Positions 57,512-64,000 of a stretch of DNA of 64,000 bases are shown in pieces. The first letter of the stretch is position 1. Each line of letters starts with the position of its first letter. Source of the DNA: Bacteriovoracia bacterium (lineage in GTDB: Bacteria; Bdellovibrionota; UBA1018; JBFWNL01); the NCBI GenBank assembly GCA_050251055.1, contig JBFWNL010000001.1, positions 203,825 through 267,824 on the forward strand, given 5' to 3'. The notes beneath the pieces were generated by a model. That model worked only from the letters and a program-made list of their open reading frames with translations, was not told where the DNA came from and did not search any database. A program made the position numbers and the translations under genes.

Positions 57512-58381
57512 TTGACCGAATGGTTCGCTAATTTCCATACCGGCCTACGTCTACTCGACTTGATGGACGTAGTGATCGTCGCGTTCATCGTCTATCGCGT
57601 CCTGCTTCTCATCAAAGGCACCCGCGCGATGCAGATGCTCACCGGCTTGGGCATTCTGGGCATCGCTTTTTTCGCCGCCCAGCGCTTCGCGCTCTTCACC
57701 AGCTATTGGATGCTGTCGTATTTCTTCGACTACCTCATCCTGATCGTGATCGTGCTGTTTCAAGACGATCTGCGCCGAGCCCTCACGAATGTCGGCAAGA
57801 ACCCTTTCTTTCCCGGCACGTCCGAAGAAGAGCAGGAGATGATCAGCGAGATCGCGCGCGCTTCCTCGCGCCTGGCCCGCGAAAAAATCGGAGCGCTCAT
57901 CGTGATCGAGCGGGAAACCGGCCTTAAAAACTTTATCGAGACGGGGTCCAACCTAGACTCGCGAGTGAAGGCTGAGCTGCTCTACTCCGTGTTCGTGCAT
58001 AACTCTCCAATCCACGACGGCGCGGTTATCATCACGGGCGGGCGCATCGCCGCCGCCGGCTGCTTCTTGCCGCTTTCGATGGATCCGAATATTGATAAAA
58101 AGTTCGGCACGCGCCACCGTGCCGCCTTGGGCCTCACGGAGGAGACCGACGCGATCGTGATTTTGATTTCCGAAGAGGCGGGACAATGCCACCTCGTGAA
58201 AAACGGCAAGATCACCTTGAACTTATCCGAGCGTGAGCTCCGCCAGAGCCTGAAAGCGCTGCTTGATGTTTCTAAGGCCCAGCTTGGCCTGTTCCGCCGT
58301 TTCCGCGCCTGGGTGGAGTCGCATCGGGTCGCCGGAGTGCGTGATGGCACGATCGCCGAAGTGGCCGAAGGTGACGAATGA
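57512..58381 (+). CDS. cdaA: diadenylate cyclase CdaA
   Basis: Three TM segments, HDGA and GTRHRAA motifs. Confidence 0.95.
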   Translation: MTEWFANFHTGLRLLDLMDVVIVAFIVYRVLLLIKGTRAMQMLTGLGILGIAFFAAQRFALFTSYWMLSYFFDYLILIVIVLFQDDLRRALTNVGKNPFFPGTSEEEQEMISEIARASSRLAREKIGALIVIERETGLKNFIETGSNLDSRVKAELLYSVFVHNSPIHDGAVIITGGRIAAAGCFLPLSMDPNIDKKFGTRHRAALGLTEETDAIVILISEEAGQCHLVKNGKITLNLSERELRQSLKALLDVSKAQLGLFRRFRAWVESHRVAGVRDGTIAEVAEGDE

Positions 58382-59298
58382 TCTACTTGCGCGCGCTCCT
58401 CAGCCTCGTCACGCATAACTTCGGCACGAAAATGATCTCAATCCTCATCGCGTTCGTGCTTTGGTCGATCGTGATGGGGTCCCGGCCCGCCGTCCGCGAT
58501 AAAGAAGTCGCCTTGAAGGTCATCACTGCAGAAGACATGGTCGTAGTGAGCCGCGTGCCCCCGTCCGCGCATTTCCGGATCTCCGGCCCAAATACCCTTT
58601 TACGCTCGATCTTGAGCCGTAACGACGCGCCCATCGAGATCGACCTGCGGAATTCCAAACCCGGCATGATCTCCTATCATCTCGACACGGACAGCATCCA
58701 GCAGTACTCCGGCGTGAAAACTATTTCCGTAAACCCGTCCAGTATCGACTTCGTGCTGGAAGAAGTGACGTCGAAATCGGTTCCGGTGCGCCTGGAAACC
58801 CGCGGGACACCCGAGGAAGGCTTTCATCTCGTCGCCAGTACCTTTTTCCCGCCCGAGGTGATGATCCGCGGCGCGCGATCGCAGGTGGAAAAAATCGGGG
58901 AAGTGGCGACGATGCCGGTCGACATCTCGAAGATGAAGCAATCGGACAACCGCCCCTATAAACTCGACCTGCAAAGCTTCCCGCACGTCCAGTCCGTCGG
59001 AGAAATGCCGAAGCTGACCCTTACGCTCGAGGCGGTCTCCGCGAATTTCAAGATACGGAACGTGCCGGTGCGAGTCATCAGCCCGCTACAAAGCTCCGTA
59101 AATGAGAAATCGGTCACCGTCTTCGTCCGGGCCAGCCAGGAAGCCTTAAACACCCTGGACCAAACCAAGGTGTTCGCCGAGGTGGATTTAACGGGCAAAG
59201 CGAAGGGCGCCCATACGGCCCCGGTCACCGTCAAGCTTCCCACCAACATCTCCCTGGTCCGTACCCAGCCAGAGCGGGTCCAGGTTAAGCTCTTTTAA
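58378..59298 (+). CDS. cdaR: CdaR/YbbR-like regulator
   Basis: 'N...K.IS..IA..LW' TM segment and YbbR repeats; lies between cdaA and glmM. Confidence 0.85.
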   Translation: MIYLRALLSLVTHNFGTKMISILIAFVLWSIVMGSRPAVRDKEVALKVITAEDMVVVSRVPPSAHFRISGPNTLLRSILSRNDAPIEIDLRNSKPGMISYHLDTDSIQQYSGVKTISVNPSSIDFVLEEVTSKSVPVRLETRGTPEEGFHLVASTFFPPEVMIRGARSQVEKIGEVATMPVDISKMKQSDNRPYKLDLQSFPHVQSVGEMPKLTLTLEAVSANFKIRNVPVRVISPLQSSVNEKSVTVFVRASQEALNTLDQTKVFAEVDLTGKAKGAHTAPVTVKLPTNISLVRTQPERVQVKLF

Positions 59299-59327
59299 AT
59301 CAAGCGCTTCTTTGCTAGAAAGAGGCC

Positions 59328-60683
59328 ATGACCCGACTCTTTGGGACCGACGGTATTCGTGGCATGGCCAACGAGTTCCCCATGACTGGCGAAATCGCCA
59401 TGGCCGTGGGGAAGGCGGTCGCGCATGTTTTCAAAAAGACGCACATCGGCCGAAAGCCACGCATCGTCGTGGGCAAAGACACTCGCGTCGCCAACTACAT
59501 GATCGAGACCGCGCTCGTGTCGGGTATCTGCTCGATGGGGGCGGATGCAGTGATTTTAGGTCCGCTTCCCACGCCCGGGGTGGCCTTCGTCACCCAGAGC
59601 ATGCGTGCCGACGCTGGCATCATGATCTCGGCTTCGCACAATCCCTATTATGACACCGGTATCAAGATCTTCTCCGCCGATGGGTACAAGCTGCCTGACG
59701 CCGTGGAAACCGAAATCGAGCAGCTCGTCTTTTCGAAGGAGACAGACAAGTTTCGCCCCACACACGACAAGATCGGCAAGGCCACCCGAATCGAAGACGC
59801 CATTGGGCGTTACGTCGTTTTTCTAAAGAGCCTCTTCGCCCGTGATCTCGACCTCCAGGGCATGCGTATCGTACTCGACTGCGCCCACGGCGCCGCCTAC
59901 AAGGTCGCACCCATGGTGTTCGAAGAGCTGGGCGCCGAAGTGATCCGCCGGGGCGTAACCCCAAACGGGATGAACATCAACGAAAAGTGCGGCGCGCTCC
60001 ATCCCGAGTACGTCGCCGCATCCACTATGGAGGCCCAGGCTGCCGTGGGGATCGCCCTCGATGGGGACGGCGACCGATGCATCCTTTCAGACGAAAACGG
60101 CGAGATCGTCGACGGCGATCAGATCATCGGGCTCTGTGCGTTGCAGATGTGCCAGGAACAAACCCTCGCACAAAACACGGTGGTGACGACACCGATGTCC
60201 AACTATGGCTTGGAAGTAACGCTGAAAAAGCATGGCATCTCAATGGTCCGCGCCCAGGTGGGGGACCGCTACGTAGTGGATACCATGCGCAAGAATGGAT
60301 TTAACCTGGGCGGCGAACAATCGGGCCACGTCGTCTTTCTCGATCAGTGCACCAGCGGCGATGGAATCGTGGCCGCGCTGAAGGTCCTCGAAACCGTGCG
60401 CCGAACCAAGAAGCCTCTTTCGGAGCTCAAGCAGGCCATCCAACTTTTCCCGCAGGTCCGCAACGACGTCCGCGTTTCAAAGAAAGAGCCCTTCGAGAGC
60501 GTCGGTGAAATCCAGAAGATGATAGAAAAGGCGGAGAAGGCCCTGAAGGACCGCGGCCGCGTTTTTGTCCGTTATTCCGGCACCGAGCCCTTGGCTCGAG
60601 TCATGGTAGAAGGGGAGGATTTACGGCAAATCCAGACCCTCTCCCAGGACATCGCTGCCTCCATCCAGCGACACTTAGGTTGA
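59328..60683 (+). CDS. glmM: phosphoglucosamine mutase
   Basis: FGTDGIRG, ISASHNP, DGDGDR, GGEQSGH and RYSGTEP motifs. Confidence 0.97.
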   Translation: MTRLFGTDGIRGMANEFPMTGEIAMAVGKAVAHVFKKTHIGRKPRIVVGKDTRVANYMIETALVSGICSMGADAVILGPLPTPGVAFVTQSMRADAGIMISASHNPYYDTGIKIFSADGYKLPDAVETEIEQLVFSKETDKFRPTHDKIGKATRIEDAIGRYVVFLKSLFARDLDLQGMRIVLDCAHGAAYKVAPMVFEELGAEVIRRGVTPNGMNINEKCGALHPEYVAASTMEAQAAVGIALDGDGDRCILSDENGEIVDGDQIIGLCALQMCQEQTLAQNTVVTTPMSNYGLEVTLKKHGISMVRAQVGDRYVVDTMRKNGFNLGGEQSGHVVFLDQCTSGDGIVAALKVLETVRRTKKPLSELKQAIQLFPQVRNDVRVSKKEPFESVGEIQKMIEKAEKALKDRGRVFVRYSGTEPLARVMVEGEDLRQIQTLSQDIAASIQRHLG

Positions 60684-60689
60684 TTGATC

Positions 60690-61484
60690 ATGGCCCGCGC
60701 GACCTCCCCGTCCACTTTCGATAAGCATTCCGTGCCCCGATTAGGGGTAAATATCGATCACATCGCGACCCTGCGCCAGCTGCGCGGCACGCCTTATCCG
60801 GATCTACTCGAGGCCGCCCGCATCGTCGAAGACGCGGGCGCCCAGCAGATCACCGTTCATCTGCGGGAAGATCGACGTCACATTCAGGATCAAGACGTAA
60901 AGGATTTGCGCGCGAAACTACGCGTGCCGCTGAATCTGGAGATGTGCCTCGCCGACGAAATCGTGCGTTTCGCCAAAAAAATCCGACCCGATTGGGCCTG
61001 CCTGGTGCCGGAAAAGCGCGCCGAGGTCACTACCGAGGGCGGGTTGAACCTGCTGAAGACCAAAAAACGCGCAGCGAAGGTAATTCAAGACCTCAAGAAG
61101 CAAGGCACGAAGGTCAGCCTGTTCATCGAGCCCTCCGTGCAGGCCGTGAAGCTGAGTCAGGCGCTCGGCGCCGACGCCGTGGAGTTTCACACTGGGCACT
61201 ACTGCATTCTTTCCCAGATGACCAATCCACCTGCGAAAAAAATCGAAGCCGAGTTAAAGAAGCTGGAGACCGCCGCCAAGCTTGCCTTGCAGCTCGGCAT
61301 CCATCCTCACGCCGGGCATGGACTGGACTACGACAACGTTCGGCCCGTGGTCGTCATGGACCGCGGAGGCGGCGCACCGCTAATTGAAGAGTACAACATA
61401 GGGCACGTGATCGTTTGCCGGGCCGCCCTCGTGGGCCTGGGGCAAGCCGTGCGGGAGATGGTGTCCGCGATCGCGGCGCCTTGA
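60690..61484 (+). CDS. pdxJ: pyridoxine 5'-phosphate synthase
   Basis: LGVNIDHIATLR, HLREDRRHI, TTEGG, HAGHGL and NIGH motifs. Confidence 0.97.
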   Translation: MARATSPSTFDKHSVPRLGVNIDHIATLRQLRGTPYPDLLEAARIVEDAGAQQITVHLREDRRHIQDQDVKDLRAKLRVPLNLEMCLADEIVRFAKKIRPDWACLVPEKRAEVTTEGGLNLLKTKKRAAKVIQDLKKQGTKVSLFIEPSVQAVKLSQALGADAVEFHTGHYCILSQMTNPPAKKIEAELKKLETAAKLALQLGIHPHAGHGLDYDNVRPVVVMDRGGGAPLIEEYNIGHVIVCRAALVGLGQAVREMVSAIAAP

Positions 61485-61512
61485 AATAGGAAGTTAGGAT
61501 AGGGGAGACACG

Positions 61513-63111
61513 ATGGCTTCACCGTTAAGGATTTGCACCAGCAGCGAGATGCGCGAGCTCGACCGGTTAGCCGAAACCGAATACAAAATCGACGCCCAAC
61601 TTTTAATGGAGAACGCCGGCCGTGCGGCGGTGAACGTGCTGTTCGAGTACTTTCCAGACGCCGGCAAGCAGACGGAAATCCTCGTCTTCGCGGGCAAAGG
61701 CAATAACGCCGGCGATGCTTTCGTCGTCGCCCGCCGCCTGCTCTGCCTTGAACGCAAAGTCCGCATCTTCCATCTCGTGGACCCTTCCCAATATAGCGGC
61801 CCCGTCCGAAAGAATTACGAAATTCTCAAGCAAATGAAGGCGAAACTCATCCACCTGGATACCGCCGCCGATCTGGAGTCCTTCTTTAAGAGTTCCTCGG
61901 GACCCTTTACGGTCATCGACGGCATCCTCGGCACCGGGCTAAAGGGGAATCTAGAAGGCATCTTTTATGACGTGGTGGAGATCATCAATCACCAACGATT
62001 CTCCCAAGTCGTGGCCCTCGATATGCCCACGGGCGTAAACGGCGATTCGGGCGCCGTCCACGGCACGTCAATCTTGGCAAATCTCACCGTTTCGTTCGGT
62101 TTCCCCAAGCTAGGGCATTTCTTCCCCCCGGGAGCGGGCCGCCGCGGGGAGCTTGTCAACGTTGACATTTCGCTCCCGCCACGCTTCCGTAAGGAGGGCG
62201 ACAAATTTCTCCTCCGCCGCCAACCCATGGCGAAACTCCTGAAGCGCCGCGATCGCTACGGGCACAAGAATTCCTTCGGGCACACCCTGCTGGTGGGAGG
62301 AAGCCCCGGGCGGCTCGGCGCGATCGTTATGGCCGCGCGCACCTGCCATAAAATGGGAACGGGTTTGGTGACGGTCGCCTCCTGGAAGGACTCCATGGAT
62401 ATCCTGCTCATGAAACTGCCGGACGAGACGATGGCGGTACCCATCGAGCTGGAAGGCCCCGAGCTCGAGACCTACATGAAAGCCCTGAAGGGGTACTCCA
62501 GCATTGTTGTTGGCCCAGGCTTGGGCACGCGTCCAGATGGGAAAATCCTGATGGAACATCTGCTGGGTGCCTACAAAGGCCCGCTGGTGATTGACGCCGA
62601 TGGCCTCAATTTGATTTCAGATTACAAGATGCACGCGCTCCTACAGGGACGCGCGGCCCCGACCGTGATTACACCCCATCCGGGAGAGATGGCTCGCTTC
62701 CTAGATGTAGATAAGCGGGAAGTGCTCGAGGATCCCATCGGCAGCGTTAAGCGGGCCGTAAAACTCACTCACGGAGTCGTGATGCTCAAAGGCGCAGCGA
62801 CGATCATCGGCTCCACCGACGACGTCATTTATTTCAACCACTATCCCAACGACGGCATGGCCACCGCGGGGAGCGGGGACGTGCTCGCCGGGATGATCGG
62901 CGGCTTACTTGGACAAAAGATGGATCCTTTCAAAGGGACGCAGCTAGCGATCTACTTGCACAGCTTGGCCGGAGATTTCGCGGCCAACTCTCAGGGACAC
63001 CGCTCCATGACTGCACCGGATATTATCGAGAACATCGGCAATGCCTTCAAAGAACTCAAAACGCCGCGCAAAGAAGCCTTCCCCGAAGAAGGCAAAGCGC
63101 GCCTCGTCTAA
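61513..63111 (+). CDS. nnr: bifunctional NAD(P)H-hydrate epimerase/dehydratase
   Basis: LMENAG, GKGNNAGD, HKNSFG, DADGLN, TPHPGE and ATAGSGDVLAG motifs. Confidence 0.95.
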   Translation: MASPLRICTSSEMRELDRLAETEYKIDAQLLMENAGRAAVNVLFEYFPDAGKQTEILVFAGKGNNAGDAFVVARRLLCLERKVRIFHLVDPSQYSGPVRKNYEILKQMKAKLIHLDTAADLESFFKSSSGPFTVIDGILGTGLKGNLEGIFYDVVEIINHQRFSQVVALDMPTGVNGDSGAVHGTSILANLTVSFGFPKLGHFFPPGAGRRGELVNVDISLPPRFRKEGDKFLLRRQPMAKLLKRRDRYGHKNSFGHTLLVGGSPGRLGAIVMAARTCHKMGTGLVTVASWKDSMDILLMKLPDETMAVPIELEGPELETYMKALKGYSSIVVGPGLGTRPDGKILMEHLLGAYKGPLVIDADGLNLISDYKMHALLQGRAAPTVITPHPGEMARFLDVDKREVLEDPIGSVKRAVKLTHGVVMLKGAATIIGSTDDVIYFNHYPNDGMATAGSGDVLAGMIGGLLGQKMDPFKGTQLAIYLHSLAGDFAANSQGHRSMTAPDIIENIGNAFKELKTPRKEAFPEEGKARLV

Positions 63112-63571
63112 GCGCCGCCAGCCCATACGCAAGCCCGCGGGGTTAACCGAGGTCGGCTTGCGCTCCTACGCCGGCAAACTTGCCGCGGATCTTAAGCCAG
63201 GAGACTGTGTGTTACTGGAGGGACCGCTCGGCGCTGGTAAATCCACCTTCGCGCGCTTCCTCATCGCGGCGCTGGGGGGACCGGAAGCGTCGGCCGGTAG
63301 TCCTACCTTCTCCATCGCTCACGAGTATGCCACGCCCCGGGGCGAAGTCATTCATGTCGACCTCTATCGCCTGGAGGACGAAATGGAGCTCGAAGCCGCC
63401 GGAATCGAGAGCTATTTCCTCGAGCGCGCCGCGATTGTGATTTGCGAATGGGCTTCTCGCTTCCCGCAGTGGGTGGAGCGGGTGGCTCCGCCTACCTCTC
63501 CGAACTCTCTTCGAATTCAGCTCGAATTCGTCCCCGGGCGGCCAAACCTTCGAAAGCTGCTTAGGTTTTAA
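63041..63571 (+). CDS. tsaE: tRNA threonylcarbamoyladenosine biosynthesis ATPase TsaE
   Basis: LEGPLGAGKS, SPTF, HVDLYRL and EW motifs; start uncertain. Confidence 0.92.
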   Translation: MPSKNSKRRAKKPSPKKAKRASSKRRQPIRKPAGLTEVGLRSYAGKLAADLKPGDCVLLEGPLGAGKSTFARFLIAALGGPEASAGSPTFSIAHEYATPRGEVIHVDLYRLEDEMELEAAGIESYFLERAAIVICEWASRFPQWVERVAPPTSPNSLRIQLEFVPGRPNLRKLLRF

Positions 63572-63790
63572 ACAGCCGGGAAATATTTACAGGGAATCGC
63601 CCCGCCGCAATCCCCATACCCGTGCGCTTACTCGGCGTCATGATCGCTCTTCGTTTTCACTAAGCCCAGAAGGTACTCGTGGTTCGCAGCTCTCCTACGC
63701 AGTAAGCGGATTTTTTTTATCCAGCCGGCAACCGGTACGGCGGTTGCTCTGGTGGAAAGTCGAAATCTCTGTAATCGGAAAGGACTTGCC

Positions 63791-64000
63791 ATGCTACTTT
63801 CATTTCTGCTTTCAATTGCGACTGTCCAGGCGGATCCCACGTTGGCCTATCTGTCGAAAACGGTCTCCGCCGCTCTTAATCGCGTAGAAATTCAGCTCGG
63901 AAACGAAGCCCAGGTGGTCGCCGGCGAGGACCGCGTTCAAATGTGGGGACCCATGCCCTACACGGTCGAACAGCGCCACTATACTTTCGGCTTTGGCACC
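63791..64000 (+). CDS. secreted hypothetical protein (3'-partial)
   Basis: AGGA SD; MLLSFLLSIATVQA| signal-like start; frame open to the window end. Confidence 0.5.
   Translation, partial: MLLSFLLSIATVQADPTLAYLSKTVSAALNRVEIQLGNEAQVVAGEDRVQMWGPMPYTVEQRHYTFGFGT

Noticed and set aside
1-64000. CRISPR array, IS elements, rRNA
   Set aside because: No regularly spaced repeats, transposase/integrase motifs or rRNA-like sequence was seen.

Overview
This is a GC-rich (about 60%) diderm bacterial chromosome segment. Gene content and order (TIGR02147-like gene, ftsH-cdaA-cdaR-glmM-pdxJ-nnr-tsaE, many orphan secreted proteins, a stand-alone c-di-GMP-I RNA) suggest a Bdellovibrionota/Oligoflexia-like lineage; this is inference. 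Housekeeping blocks (lptD-surE-M23 peptidase; rhlE; HU/IHF; waa-type genes-purB; fadJ-lolC/E; lspA with a two-component system; tilS-ftsH-...-tsaE) and three tRNAs (Arg-CCT, Cys-GCA, Met-CAT) flank two accessory regions. The main finding is a 15 kb minus-strand cluster at 20074-35348, largely translationally coupled, in which every product appears to carry a Sec signal peptide. It encodes two Clp/Hsp100-like AAA+ proteins with a degenerate first ATPase ring (one fused to a VWA domain), two paralogous trypsin-like proteases, and five Cys-motif helical proteins in two paralog families (one frameshifted). This is a candidate exported AAA+/protease machine. Also notable are an orphan c-di-GMP-I riboswitch RNA upstream of tRNA-Cys, a sigma54-driven C-rich-loop hairpin sRNA candidate, and a tandem-duplication scar around tRNA-Arg. 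No CRISPR array, integrase, transposase or reverse transcriptase was seen. All calls were made by eye, without database searches.
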